The translations under genes and the position numbers were made by a program. Positions 1-14,357 of a DNA stretch of 64,000 bases are shown here, in pieces. The DNA lies in assembly GCF_006345805.1 (NCBI RefSeq), contig NC_043017.1:20274001-20338000 (forward strand). The letters are read 5' to 3'. The stretch comes from Octopus sinensis. Taxonomy: Eukaryota. Numbering within the stretch: the first letter of the stretch is position 1; the number at the start of each line of letters is the position of its first letter. Below the pieces are notes generated by a model. The model made no database searches and was not told the DNA's origin. It was given only the letters and a program-made list of their open reading frames with translations.

Positions 1-361
1 CCTGTGTCACCTCGACCTGACCTATCAACGATACCTTGACAGTCTTATTGATTCCAAGATGATTTTTTCGAAAGAAAAATTTATCTCTTTGTTAAGTTTA
101 TTGATTTTTATCAAAACATTAATGAATACATAAGTCCGTGTACGTGTGTCTATATACTTATACACATGTATATTCATATATATATAAAGATATAAAAATA
201 AGCATACGCAAACATAAGCATATACATATTATATTACATACTCATATAAATGTGCTTTTGCACATGTGTATATACGTACATATATATATATATATATATA
301 ATATATATGCATGTATGTATGTATGTATGTATATGTATATATGTATAATATATATATATAA

Positions 362-411
<50 letters not shown>

Positions 412-759
412 TATATATATATGCATATAAATATATGCATATGTATTTGTGGGCATGTTAAATAGATACGGTTATAGTTACATGATGTAGGAAGCCTTTA
501 TACATGTGTATAGAGAATATTACAGATAATTAAATTTCCAAATCCCAGATCATATCGAGTTAATTCATGCCACTGAACCTTTTCTGGGACCACGAATTCA
601 TTCACAAAGTCATATTACACATACATAACATATCTATATCTATCTATCTATCTATCTATATTATCTATCTATCTATCTATCTATCTATATAATATATATA
701 TATATATATACGTATATGGATACATATTATGTATGTATCTGGTTATGTGTATATATAAA

Positions 760-827
<68 letters not shown>

Positions 828-1167
828 GTATGTATATATGTATATACATACATACACACGCATATGTAGAGATGTATGTGTACATGTATGTGTGCAGTTG
901 TGTGTAGCTTCAGCGGGGAAGGGTTTCGCAAGAGTGGAACTAAAAAGCAGGGAATGGTTAATATTTGCAAATGTAATGAATATCATTCAGTTTAGTAGGG
1001 GTCGTAAAAGAAGATGATGATGATGATGATGGGGAGGAGGAGGAGGAGGAGGAGGAAGAAAAGGAGGTGGAAGAGGAATATGGTGCAAAGGTGCAAATGA
1101 ACAGTGAATGATGATAGTATAAATAAATGCATTACACAGAAAATCATAAATGACAGAGGAACTAGAA

Positions 1168-1580
1168 AGGTGGTGATGGTGGTAGTGATGGTAGTGGTGG
1201 TGATGGTAACAGTGGTGGAGGAGGTGGTGGTGGTGGTGGTGATGGTTGTGGTGGCGGTGGTGGTGTTGATTTTGGTAGTAGTGAAGGTGATGGTGGTTGT
1301 GGTGATGGTGGTAGTGATGGTAGTGGTGGTGATGGTAACAGTGGTGGAGGAGGTGGTGGTGGTGATTTTGGTAGTAGTGATGGTGGTTGTGGTGGTGGTG
1401 ATGGTGATGGTAGTGGTGGTGATGGCAGTGGTGGTGATGGTGGAGTTGGTGGTGATTTTGGTAGTAGTGATGGTAATGGTGGTGATGGTGGTAGTGATGG
1501 TAGTGGTGGTGATGGTAACAGTGGAGGAGAAGGTGGTGGTGGTTGTGGTGGTGATGGTTGTGGTGGTTGTGATGGTAGCG
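1168..1580. repeat. (GTG/GAT)n-derived minisatellite
   Basis: GGT/GAT triplets with a recurring block GTAACAGTGG at 1206, 1335 and 1515; source of the poly-His/Thr/Val ORFs. Confidence 0.9.
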
Positions 1581-2167
1581 GTAGAGGGGAGAGCAGGGAG
1601 TAGAAGAATGATAGATGAATGAATGGCTGAATGAATGGATAGATAGATGGATGGTTGGATCAATCAATCAACAGGTAAAGTGGCAGTGGTGGTGGGTGGG
1701 TGTTGCGGCGGAGGTGGTAGTTCTCGGTGAAAGAAAACGAGAAAGAGATGGATGATGAAAGGGAAAAAGTTTGCTTGAGGAGAAGAAGTAGGAATGAAAT
1801 TTCTATGAAGGATACAAAGCTACCCATCAAAACTGCAGTGTATTCAGGTATGACATTGGATCAAACCAATTAAGAACCGGTAAGGTGGGATTCAAGTTCA
1901 AATGTTGGCTAATGCACACATGGAATTGCAATCTCTTAGAAAACGGTTATTTATAAATTTTGGAATGCTTCTGAAAAGATTTCTAAGTTCAATTCCCCAT
2001 TTAGGTGGGGTATTTTGTGGGTTTCATATTTATGGGTTTTGAAGGGGATCCTTATTTTCAGATTACTCCAAAGTTCAATGGACAAGAACTATGGTGGTGA
2101 TCATCCCACATACACACATGTGCACACACGCATGCACACACACACACACACACATGCACATGCATAT

Positions 2168-2569
2168 ATGGCTGTGGTAAGTAGCTTGCTTACCAACCAC
2201 ATGTTTCCAGGTTCTGTCCCACTGTGTGGCACCTTGGGCAAGTGTCTTCTACTATAGCCTCAAGCTGACCAAAGCCTTGTAAGTGGATTCGGTAGACGGA
2301 AACTGAAAGAAGCCCGTTATATATATATATACATACATATGTATGTGTGTGTTTGTGTGTCTGTGTTTCCCCCCTCCCCCCACAACCATTGCTTGACAAC
2401 CAATGTTGGTGTGTTTATGTCCCTGTACCTTAGTTGTTTGGCAAAAGTGACTCATAGAATAAGAACCAGGCGTACAAAGAATAAGACCTGGGGTCGATTT
2501 GTGTGGCTAAAGGTAGTGCTCCAGCATGGCTGCAGTTAAATTACTGGAACAAGTAAAAGAATAAAAGAG
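2168..2569 (+). mobile_element. SINE family A, near full length
   Basis: Matches 58887-59299 along its length: tRNA-like head, CCTTGGGCAAGTGTCTT, internal TA/TG microsatellite, AAGTAAAAGA tail. Confidence 0.9.
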
Positions 2570-3000
2570 TATATAAGGTGTAACATGTCTTATAACAACT
2601 GATACAAACATCAGAGATGCTTTGCCACAAGCAATAGAATACAATGGAAAGGGTGTGAATAATGTGAGCAAAGGTTTGTGCGTGTGTGTACATATATATA
2701 CTTGTATAAACATATATTATATATGTTGTCGTATTTTGGGAGGGTCATTTTTTACCCCAAATAAACACACACACTATATATTTGTTCTTCATTCATTTAT
2801 GAATGTTCTTATTCTAACTCATATCCATTGTCCAGAAGTCTTTTGTCACATATCTGTGACCTCTTTACATATATGAGTACGTGTGTGTACATATATATAT
2901 ATATAAGTGTGTGTATGTGTATTTATGTATACATATATATATACAGTAAAAGATATAGTTTTATATATATATATGTATGTATGTATGTATGTATATATAG

Positions 3001-3371
3001 ACTCTTTTACTTGTTTCAGTCATTTGACGAGGGCCATGCTGGAGCACTGCCTTTTAGCTGAAGAAATTGGCCCCAGAACATATTCATTGTAAGCCTAGTA
3101 CTTATTCTATCAGATTCTTTTGCTGAACCGCTAAGTTACAAGGACCTAAAGACACTAACAATGGTTGTCAAGCGATGGTGGAAGGGACAAACACACACAC
3201 ACACACATATACAATAGGCTTCTTTCAGTTTCCATCTACTAAACCCATTCACAAGGCTTTGGTCAGTCTGAGGTGATAGTAGAAGACACTGGCCCAATGT
3301 GCCATGCAGTGGGACTGAATCTGACACCATATGGCTGGGAAGCAAGCTTTTACCACACAGCCACACCTGCA

Positions 3372-3373
<2 letters not shown>
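3001..3373 (-). mobile_element. SINE family A, full length
   Basis: Reverse complement of family A from tail to GGTGCAGGTGTGGCTGTGTGG head. Confidence 0.9.
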
Positions 3374-3425
<52 letters not shown>

Positions 3426-3950
3426 TTACTATATATATGTTTTATAGTATCATTCATACTGCCCACAACAAGCATACCAGTCTGAATAAACTTGATACTC
3501 CATTGCCGCCCCAACCTCCTCCTCCTCCTCCTTCTCCTCTTCTACCACCACCACAACATGATAACGATCATCATCATCATCATTGTATCATTAACATGTA
3601 CTCTAACTTGAAAGACCTTACACACACACACACACACACACACATAGCTATATATATATATAATATATATATATATATAATACATATATATATGTATGTT
3701 TGTGTATATATATATATATACACATATAATTTATACATATATACATATATATATACATATATGTATATATATACACACATATATATATATATATACATAT
3801 ACTTATATATATGTGTATATATATATACATATATATTATAATATATATATATATATATATAAGTATATATTGTATGTATGCATACATGTATGTATTTCCT
3901 CAACACACTCCAATCTCATATTAAGTGAAAATACGAATATAAATAATAAC

Positions 3951-3986
<36 letters not shown>

Positions 3987-4312
3987 GAAAACAAAAAAAA
4001 GCTCTCATGATGGAAATCAGAGCAGAATAGCAAACACTTTATGAACGTTACATCATGGCAGTATTTTGGTTTTCATTAGAACTTCACAGTCGAGGTAATA
4101 CGTGGAGACCTGAATAGAGGAAGAGTGGCAAGTATTGATTTCTAACACAGGAGGTACAAAGCCAAACATTTTTTTTTTTGAGAACTGGAGAGGGGGGTGG
4201 GGGGTGGACGTCAATAGGTTTGGGGAGAAGGTGTATTGATTGTAGGTGTGTGTGTGTTGGGTGGGGGGTAATATTTGATCATATTTACTCTTGACTAGTG
4301 TGTGAGTATATA

Positions 4313-4358
<46 letters not shown>

Positions 4359-4519
4359 CGTTCATCGATGATATATATACGTATATATGCATGTGAGTAT
4401 ATATATATATGTGTGTGTATATATATGTATATATATATATATACGTATATATGTATGTGTGTATTCACATATATATAGATATTTATGTGTATATATATAA
4501 TTATATATATATATATCAC

Positions 4520-4832
4520 TGTATTGGATGGACTATTGGATGTTGTTATACATCACTGCTCACTGTGCGCCTCCTTGTGCTGTTATAGCTTTTGAATGAT
4601 GGCAAGGCAGGCAAGCAGGTAGGCAGGCTAACATTCACCCTTCTCCTCTGAATGGAACACCAGTCTGTTGAAGAGTTACCTATTCACGGCTGAGTGGACT
4701 GTGCTAACACGGAATGAAGCTTTGCTTTTGGTTCAAGAACACAATGCACTGTCGGTCTGGGAATTGAAACCCTAAATTGCAAGACCTTGCATTCGCGAGT
4801 ACAACACCCTAACCACTAAGCCATGTGCCCTC
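4520..4832 (-). mobile_element. tRNA-headed SINE with CORE-like body and family-D-like tail (diverged)
   Basis: Head TGGCTTAGTGG...GGTTTCAATTCCC; degenerate CORE-like segment; 3' part resembles the tail of 51349-51641. Confidence 0.7.
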
Positions 4833-5399
4833 ACACCCCCACACACATACACATACATATTCATAAACACACATACACACACACCTACACACAGACACAC
4901 ACACATCATTTAATTGATCTTATGGAAGAGTGATTGGTAAAGCCAACTGAGGCTGGTTTTGAACTCACAACATGAAGTGTCATTGTAGCAAGCTATGTAT
5001 CAAGCCTGGCGTTTTACTGATTCTGCCATCCTTTCATGTTGATGAGGATGAATATATTTGATGTTCAATTGGGAAAAATGCAAATATTCAAGAGGTTCTC
5101 GGCTCTACAACCCATGGGAGCTTACTGATGATGACAATGCTGATGATGATGGTGGTGGCGATGGTAATGATGATGACGACGATGACGCTGACGACGGTGG
5201 TGGTGGTGGTGGTGGTGGTGATGATGATGATGATGACGATGATATTGGTGGTGGTGGTGGTGATGATGTTGATGATGACAATGATAGAGGTGGTGATGGT
5301 GGTGATGAGGATGATGATGACGATGACTATGATAATAGTGAGAGGTTACAATAGTGATGGTGATGATCACAGTGACAGAAATTCAATGACGATGATGAT

Positions 5400-5620
5400 G
5401 ATTGGCAGAACTGTTACAGAGTCAGAAAAAAATGCGTTTGGTGTATGTTTTACAAATCTTTCCTTTCTGAGTTCAAATCCAGCAGAAGTCAATTCTGCCT
5501 TTTTTGTGTTTTACTTGATGAAATAAAGTAAAAAATTTAAGAAGTGGGTTGGCAGGTGTAGGGGCTGTATCATCGAGTCCCTCTTTGCTTCCTTCGAAAT
5601 AACTGGTCTTATGCCTAAAT
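5400..5620 (+). mobile_element. SINE family B, degraded
   Basis: TTGGCAGAA...TTCTGAGTTCAAATCC...GTCAATTCTGCC resembles 36907-37123. Confidence 0.55.
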
Positions 5621-5841
5621 CAAAAGCCATCAGATTATGGGGTGATGAGGTGGCAGAGTTGTTAGACAAAGGTGACAATGGTGGGAGGGAGGAGGTGGTA
5701 GGGGAGGCAGTAGAGTAAGAGGAGGGAAAGGAGGAGGGAGGGATGAAGAGGTAGAGGCGAGGAGAAGAAGGAACACAAGCAGAAGAAGAAGAAGAAGAAT
5801 ATGCATATGTGTGGGTGTGAGTGAGTCTTTGTATGTATTTG

Positions 5842-5987
5842 TGGCTTTCACACAGTTTCTGTGTACCAAATCCACTAACAAGCTTTTTTTGGCCCAAGGC
5901 TAAAGTTCAAGAAACTCTTGTCCAAGTTCCCTTGGACTGATTTCAAAACCACATGGTTGCAAAGTGAACGTTTTAACCCACAGCCAT
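5842..5987 (-). mobile_element. SINE family A head, degraded
   Basis: TACCAAATCCACT...AACCACATGGTTG...CACAGCCAT. Confidence 0.65.
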
Positions 5988-6381
5988 ATATTCCAAATGG
6001 TAGGGAAATTAGGCTGCTATTTCTAACTGGGTTGAGTAACCCTGCATGGCTCCCACAAGGGGGTTTAGGCAGACTGTGTAGGGAGATATAAAAAAGGGTT
6101 TAAAAAAGGATATATCAGGGGTTTAATCTTTCAAAATCGGGGACCTTAGAGATTACCTATTATGGTATCTGATATACGAGGTGAGACTGTAAACCTTACT
6201 TGGTGATTTGTTCATTTTAGTAGTGAGTATTTGGTCCTTACTGTTTGGTAGGGGATAATTTTTGTCTATGTATGTGTGTGGTGGTAGTGGAGGTGGGGGG
6301 GGTAGAAATGGGTGGGATGGGGAGGGTGGGAGTAAAGGTGAGCTTTGGAGAAACTGGCGGTGAAAGAACGAGACTGATATA

Positions 6382-6413
<32 letters not shown>

Positions 6414-6589
6414 ATATATATATTGAGAGAGAGAGAGAGAATGGGAGATGAAAGAGATTTAAAGGGAGTGTGACTGAAAAAGATATATGTGTGTGTGTGT
6501 GTGTGTACATATATAAATATACACACACTCAGAGAAACAGATAAATGGATGGATAGACAGACAAACAGATAGATAGCGAAGTAGGTAAA

Positions 6590-6609
6590 TATATATATAT
6601 ATACATACA

Positions 6610-6667
<58 letters not shown>

Positions 6668-6738
6668 TGAGAGAAAGAAAGACAGAAAGAGAGAGAGATA
6701 CAAACAGATAGACAGCCAAACAAAGATAGATAGATAAA

Positions 6739-6814
<76 letters not shown>

Positions 6815-7018
6815 TAGATAGATAGATAGAGAGATAGAGAGACTGATAGATAGGGAGTGAATGCAGAAGAGAGGAAGTAAGAGAAAGAGAGAGAGATATG
6901 GAAAGAATGAAATAGGGAGGGGAAATAGGGGTTGAGAGAATGAGAGAGATAGCGAGGGTAAGAGAGAAAAGATATACAGAGTGAATGTGAGCAAAAGAGA
7001 AAGACAGAGGTTAAAACG

Positions 7019-7065
<47 letters not shown>
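6590..7065. repeat. Compound microsatellite (TA)n/(GA)n/(GATA)n/(GACA)n and purine tract
   Basis: Directly visible tandem tracts. Confidence 0.95.
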
Positions 7066-7067
<2 letters not shown>

Positions 7068-7350
7068 ACATAGAGGAGGAAAAAGCAAGAAAGAGATGCG
7101 GTGATAGAGAGGTGTGGGGGAAGAGGTATTGAGATGTCTGAATGTATTAAGCGTTTGCAGCTTTCAGAAACCAGATATTGTAGAGTGATGTCACACTGCC
7201 CTTCTACACGCGTTCTACCTGGAATATAGAAACCAGGTGTCATGTTACTAGTAAAAAGCACCAATAAATGTAGAACTGACAGCATTTGGCAATTAGCTGC
7301 CACGAAAATGACAAACTTCTCGAGACTTTCTTAGAGGTTAAAAAAGAGAA

Positions 7351-7397
<47 letters not shown>

Positions 7398-7405
7398 GTA
7401 TATAT

Positions 7406-7436
<31 letters not shown>

Positions 7437-7571
7437 GGTAAACAGTAAAATTAAATACAGACATGGACAAGAACATGAAACACCACAGAGACGACACAAG
7501 AACCACAGGACGGGACATTCGAAGCCCTCAGTATCAGTCAAGAACAGATCATCTTAGCAATTTGATATATA

Positions 7572-7622
<51 letters not shown>

Positions 7623-8757
7623 CATATATATACACATATATATATACACATATATATATATATATACACACATTCTGAAATATAACAATATATACATATA
7701 TATATATAATATATATATATATATATGGGCATGAAATATTTTTTTAAGAATGGTGGGTGGCTGGATAATGAAATGATTTTAAAAGAGTGTTAAGTTGAAG
7801 AAAATGGTATTTTTTTTTAAATATATGAATTATATATTATCTGAAATGACAAATGTAAAATCTTTTTCCATTTTTTTTTTCCGTTTTTTTTTCTTTGCTT
7901 TTGCCACATTGAAATTTTCAAATGTAAAATAAATTTGTAAATGACATGCACAAGTTGAAACTAATGGTGGAGGTGATGGTGGTGGCAATGGTTGTGGTTG
8001 TGGTGGTGGGGAGGGAATAAGAGAAAGCCTGAATATTTCCTTAAATGTTAAAATTTTGAAAGACATCCTGAAATTTTCAATCATCATCATCATCATTGTC
8101 ATCATTGTCACTGCTGTTATTTTAGCATCTATTTTTCCAAGCTTGCATTGGTTGGACAAGACTACATTGATGTAGAGTTTTCTAAGGTTGGATGGATGCC
8201 CTTCCAGTCACCAAACCATGCCTGTTTCCAACAAACATAATGATCTCCAAGTCTATCAAACAACAATCAGCCTGGACATGTCTTTTCTGGATCGGACAGC
8301 CAGCTAGCCGGACGTCATTTCTCTCACCTCTCGATATTATTTTCTCTTCTACTATTTATTCTATATCCTTTCACAATTTCTCCCAGGTGTTACCCATTAC
8401 AATTCGTTTTGGCCTAACAACCCTTAATGTCTGTCTTCATTGATTGCTTACTTCCGTACATCCACTCTAGAGTCGTTTGTTCGTTTGAAACCCTAACCTT
8501 CCACAAATTTTATACTTTTAAAATTTCTGGATGCTGCTGTCTTATGAAGTTTTCCTGTCTTGTAGTTAAAAGCACAAAATATGGAGTAATATCACAGTCA
8601 ATAACTGAGGAGGGGTTAGATATCTTTTGGAATTTTGACTCATACTTGTCTCTCATGTGTGTTTGTGTATTTTTCACTCATTGGTGATGTTGTGTTCTTA
8701 ATGTGTATTTTTTCATTTATTATTTACATATACATACACACACACACACACACATAT

Positions 8758-9130
8758 ACTCTTTACTCTTTTACTTGCTTCAGTCATTTGACTGTGGCCA
8801 TGCCTTTAGTCGAGGAAATCGACCCCAGGACTTATTCTTTGTAAGCCTAGTACTTATTCTATCGGTCTCTTTTGCCGAACCGCTAAGTTACGGGGGACAT
8901 AAACACACCAGCATCGGTTGTCAAGCAATGCTAGGGGGACAAACACACACACGCATATATTTATATATACAACGAGCTTCTTTCAGTTTCCGTCTACCAA
9001 ATCCACTCACAAGGCCTTGGTTGGCCCAAGGCTATAGTAGAAGACACTTGCCTAAGGTGCCACGCAGTGGGACTGAACCCGGAACCATGTGGTTGGTAAG
9101 CAAGCTACTTACCACACAACCACTCCTGCA

Positions 9131-9132
<2 letters not shown>
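8758..9132 (-). mobile_element. SINE family A, full length
   Basis: High similarity to the reverse complement of 58887-59299. Confidence 0.92.
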
Positions 9133-9163
<31 letters not shown>

Positions 9164-10182
9164 TTATATTGATAGATATATCAAAAAAGGTTCTAAGGTA
9201 CTTCCCAAGCCATAGGCTCATGTGGCCAGTTTTATGGATTCTGGGGCAAACGTATTCCCCACGGGGCAGGATGTAACAAAAGTACCCATTTTTGCAAGCT
9301 GAGTGAAATGAAGTGTCTTGCTCAAAAACACAGTGTCACCTGGTCCAGACTCTGAAGCCACGGCCTTACGATCATAAGTGCGACACACTGACTACCAAGA
9401 CATTTGCCTACACACGCACACACAGAGGAAGAAAAAGAGAGGGGGGAGGGGGACAAGAGTCTTTTTTGGCTTCTATCTAGTAATTTCACTCGTTAAGTAT
9501 TTATTGGTTGACCCATGGCTAGAGAACAAGACTCCAGCGGACAGTGACCACACAATGGGACCGAACCCTTAATCCCACGGCTCAAAGATCAAACTTCCTA
9601 GCCACAAAGCCACACAACCACACCTACAAGCATGTGACACAATTCTTTTTAAAAATATATAAGATAAAACGAAGAAAGCTTCAAAATTTCTTTAAAAGCT
9701 TCGAAAATTTTGAAATGCATAAAGAATTTCCAAAGATGCATTCCGTTCTAAAAATGCATGAGATATCATTTCTTTCTGTTTTTTTTTCCTCTATTAGAGA
9801 TGCCAAAATTCAACTAAAACCATGTGTTTGAGTTAGCATTGAGAATTCTTCAATATTCTTTATGATTCAAAATTGGGAAATGCATAAAGTTTTTGGAAAT
9901 TCAAAGAATAAATTTTTATTAAAATGCACATTAAATAGGTTACAGGAGATGCTATAGAATTTTTGGAAACTGAAATATTGAAATCATCATCATTAGTATC
10001 ATCATCAAGGAGGGGCTCCAGAATTTTTCTTTTAGGATGTTGCCTAAAAGTTTTGAAAAAAATTCCTATATAAGGTGAAAATTGCAATTTGTAACAAATG
10101 GACACATTTTTATGCATTCTAACTTTACATTATTTACATTATTTACATTTGACAGATATTTGTCCTCATCTTGTTTGTTGTT

Positions 10183-10228
10183 AACACAACGTTTCAGCTG
10201 ATATACCCACCAGCCTTCATTAGGAGTC
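10183..10228 (-). ncRNA. Degenerate minimal type I hammerhead-ribozyme-like motif
   Basis: Minus strand reads GACTC-CTAATGA-A-GGCTGG-TGGGTATA-TCAGCT-GAAAC-GTT-GTGTT; core is CUAAUGA instead of CUGAUGA. Confidence 0.55.
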
Positions 10229-10290
10229 TTGTGGAAATTTCAAACCTGGGTTCTCATTCCTAAGGTATTTTTCAATGTTTTTATTATTAC

Positions 10291-10327
<37 letters not shown>

Positions 10328-10348
10328 GTTATTATTATTATTATTATT

Positions 10349-10491
10349 GGCGTTAGGAAGGGCATCCAGCCATAGAAACATTGCCAGATCAGACTGGGCC
10401 TGGTGCAGCCTTCTGGCTTCCCAGACTCCAGTTGAACCGTCCAACCCATGCTAGCAGGGAAAGCAGATGCTAAATGATGATGATGATGATG
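10349..10491 (+). mobile_element. SINE/LINE-tail family E, 3' part ending in (GAT)n
   Basis: GGCGTTAGGAAGGGCATCCAGC...CCAACCCATGCTAGCA...(GAT)n; many other copies in the window. Confidence 0.85.
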
Positions 10492-10530
10492 ATTATTATT
10501 ATTATTATTATTATTATATTATTATTATTA

Positions 10531-10562
<32 letters not shown>

Positions 10563-11332
10563 AGTCACAGCCTGGAATTGAACTTGGAATCTTGGGTTAG
10601 TAGCCTGTGCACTTAGCCACTACACCATATCAAATATAGAATTGTATTCTAACTTTGTTGCAGCAGACTGTATGCATATGAAACGGTAATGCTGTGAAAC
10701 TACCAGAAATAAACCTTGGTCCTGATTTTTTTTTTTTTTTTGGTGTTGGCTCAGCTAGAAAGTGTGTTGCCTGGGCAACTAGGGCAGCACCCCTGCATCT
10801 GCAACTGATCATCGTTATTTTAAATGTCCACTTTTCCATGCTTGCATGGATCAGATGGAATTTGTTGAGGTTGATTTTGTATGTCTGGATGCCTTTCCCG
10901 TCTCCTACCTTCATCTTTTTTCCAAGTAAGGTAATATTTCTTCAAGGCCAGACATGTTTTCATGGTAGACTGGAAATGAAAGATACTGGTGACACTTGTT
11001 AGCAATTGTCACAAAGGGAAGGAGGTAAGATAAACACACACACACACACACTTACACATACATGCTCACACAAACACACACACTCTTACATACACACACA
11101 CAAACACATATATATACATACACACATACACTCACACTCACATACACACAAAAAACATACACGTACACACACAGACATTCTCATACATACCCATTCTCAC
11201 ACACACATACACACACACTCAAACACACCTACATTTACTCATACACACACTCTCATACATATACAAACATAGATACACACTTACAAACACAAATGTGTGT
11301 GTATGTGCGTGTGTATGCATCAGTGTACCTGA

Positions 11333-11482
11333 CAGGCTTCTTTCAGTTTCCATCTACCAAATCCACTCAAAAGGCATTGGTTGGCCCAAGGCTACAAACA
11401 ACAAAACCTGCCCAGGGTGCCATGCCGTGGGTTTGAACCCAAAACCATGTAGTGGAGAAGTTCTTAACCACACAAGCATGCC
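11333..11482 (-). mobile_element. SINE family A head
   Basis: GGCTTCTTTCAGTTTCCATCTACCAAATCCACTC... Confidence 0.75.
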
Positions 11483-11990
11483 CAATGAAATTTAAAAAAA
11501 AAACCATAGAAAACATCATCATCATTATTTTAACGTTCACTTTTCCTTGCTGGCATGGGTCGGAAGGAATCTTTATTGCAGCAGATTTTCTATAGCTGGA
11601 TGCGCTTCTTGTTGCCAACTCTCCCCAGTTTCCAAGAAAGGTTACTAATTCACAAACACACACACAACATTATATATATACAACATTATATATAAATACA
11701 ACACGGGTATCTTTCATTTTCTGTCTACCAGTTCCATTCACAAGCCGTTTTTTTTTCTTCTTTAATCTATACAGCATAAAACTAAAAGGGTTGGAGACAA
11801 GCTTTAAAATTTCATTAAAACTCAATATTTTGAAATAAATAACAAAACCTTCATAAAAGCATCCAATCAACTTTTTCTCTCTTGATGTACAAAACAAAAT
11901 TAATAGAATACAGACAGACTCTAAAAATTTCTGTAAAAACACACATACATATGTACGTATATATTTAATATATTTATAAACATATATACA

Positions 11991-12780
<790 letters not shown>

Positions 12781-12907
12781 ACATTTACATACAGACAAAT
12801 ACACACACAGATACACCCAGATACACACGTATACATTTATACACACAGACAAATATACACACGCACACACACACATATCTACTCATGTAGAGGCACACAC
12901 ATGTGAG

Positions 12908-12941
<34 letters not shown>

Positions 12942-13431
12942 CAAATGCTTGTCTGTAAAAACCATATATAAAATAAAACTCTATGTAAATAACAAACAAG
13001 ATGAAGAATAAATAAACAAACAAAGAATTTCTGCAAAAGAGTGGAAAACTCTCAACTCTGAAGACTTTCTTTCTTCTCCTGAATAATCTATCAAACAATG
13101 GAAATTACTAAAATAAGAAGCAGAAGAAAACCATTGTTCTCCAACATGAATTGGTTCCGTAATTTATACCTGTAGAGCAGAAATCTGTAATTACCCGGGT
13201 GGAAATTACATGTTTTGGTGAAAATAAGATAGAATCAAATGGCAAAATTGCCTTCCATTAAGAAGACTTTTAGTCTTAATTGTCTGATATAGCAGACATT
13301 TATACTAGAATCAGGAATGCTCAGCAGGTGGCCCGTTTTTTTTTTCGTTTTTCCTTTCTATTTTTCTTTGTTATTGTTGAATATATTTTTAAAAAAATTT
13401 TCTGCAAAGTGTAAATTATACATATTTTGCA

Positions 13432-13462
<31 letters not shown>

Positions 13463-13493
13463 TGCATTTTATTATTATTATTATTATTATTAT

Positions 13494-13537
<44 letters not shown>

Positions 13538-13694
13538 ATGGTGGTAGTAATAGTTATTATTATTTCCTTATTAACCACAAAGAGTTTACATTAAAAAACA
13601 TTGTGGACAGAATAAGATGAACAAGAAGAATAGACACAACACCTGAAATTTGGGGAAGAGGGTTAGTTGAATATATCAAACACCTGTACTCAAC

Positions 13695-13725
<31 letters not shown>

Positions 13726-13749
13726 AATAATAATAATAATAAATAAATA

Positions 13750-14357
13750 GATACCCTGATGCAGTATCAGGCAGTGGCTCTCATGGCTTCTGATCTTAAC
13801 TGATTGGAAGTGTTATCATGTACATTATTTTGTTTTGGTATAAAAGATGGGCTATAGCAAATATTCTGCTCAATACCACAGATTTGCTTGTCAGTTGTTT
13901 GACCTTCACCAGTTGAGCATGTCCCTTAGTGGCTGATGATATGTGCATCTCTGATCACAAGCAAGTATAGTGGGGGAGCATCATAGCCATGTGTTGAGAG
14001 GAATTCTTTGAGGTTTGAATTATACACCTCTGGAAACATGGGTGTTTTGTTCATTATCCTTAAACAACACTTATTCAAGGACCTTTTGAGTGGGTTGGGC
14101 TACTCGACCTGAAGAAAATTCTAACTGGGCCCCAACTGCAAGGTCATGCACTGTTTATATTGATATGAGATCACCATGCCGTGCACATATGGTTGTGATG
14201 TAGGTACCTAGTGTACCCTTATCTGACGGGTAGTCATGATGGGTATACAGAGTTTCATATATTTGTACCCGTGTCACTTTGATGGCATGTACTGCTCTCT
14301 CATTCAATAATAATAATAACAATAATAATAATAATAATAATAATAACAATAATAATA
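13750..14357 (+). mobile_element. Probable retroposon 3' region ending in (AAT)n, unclassified
   Basis: ~550 bp of balanced-composition sequence bounded by (AAT)n on both sides; no ORF recognised. Confidence 0.4.

Larger units (their letters stand above)
10127..10642 (-). mobile_element. tRNA-headed retroposon with internal (AAT)n and a hammerhead-like 3' part, interrupted by a family E copy
   Basis: A box TGGTGTAGTGG (10617-10627) and B box AGTTCAATTCC (10574-10584) on minus; (AATGTAAAT)n end; flanking direct repeat TG(C/T)ATTCTAACTTT at 10113-10126 and 10643-10656. Confidence 0.65.

Noticed and set aside
1798-1956. Plus-strand open frame with donor-like CAG|GTATGA
   Set aside because: Preceded by an in-frame stop and a purine-rich tract with no acceptor; no homology recognised.
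7437-7562. Another hammerhead in a (TA)n-flanked insert
   Set aside because: The minus strand has CTGATACTGA...GAAT, so neither core box is intact; probably a repeat fragment that I cannot classify.
13160-13215. miR-10/miR-993-like string (CTCTACAGGTAT on minus)
   Set aside because: Only the 3' portion resembles it, there is no seed match, and no complementary arm forms a precursor.
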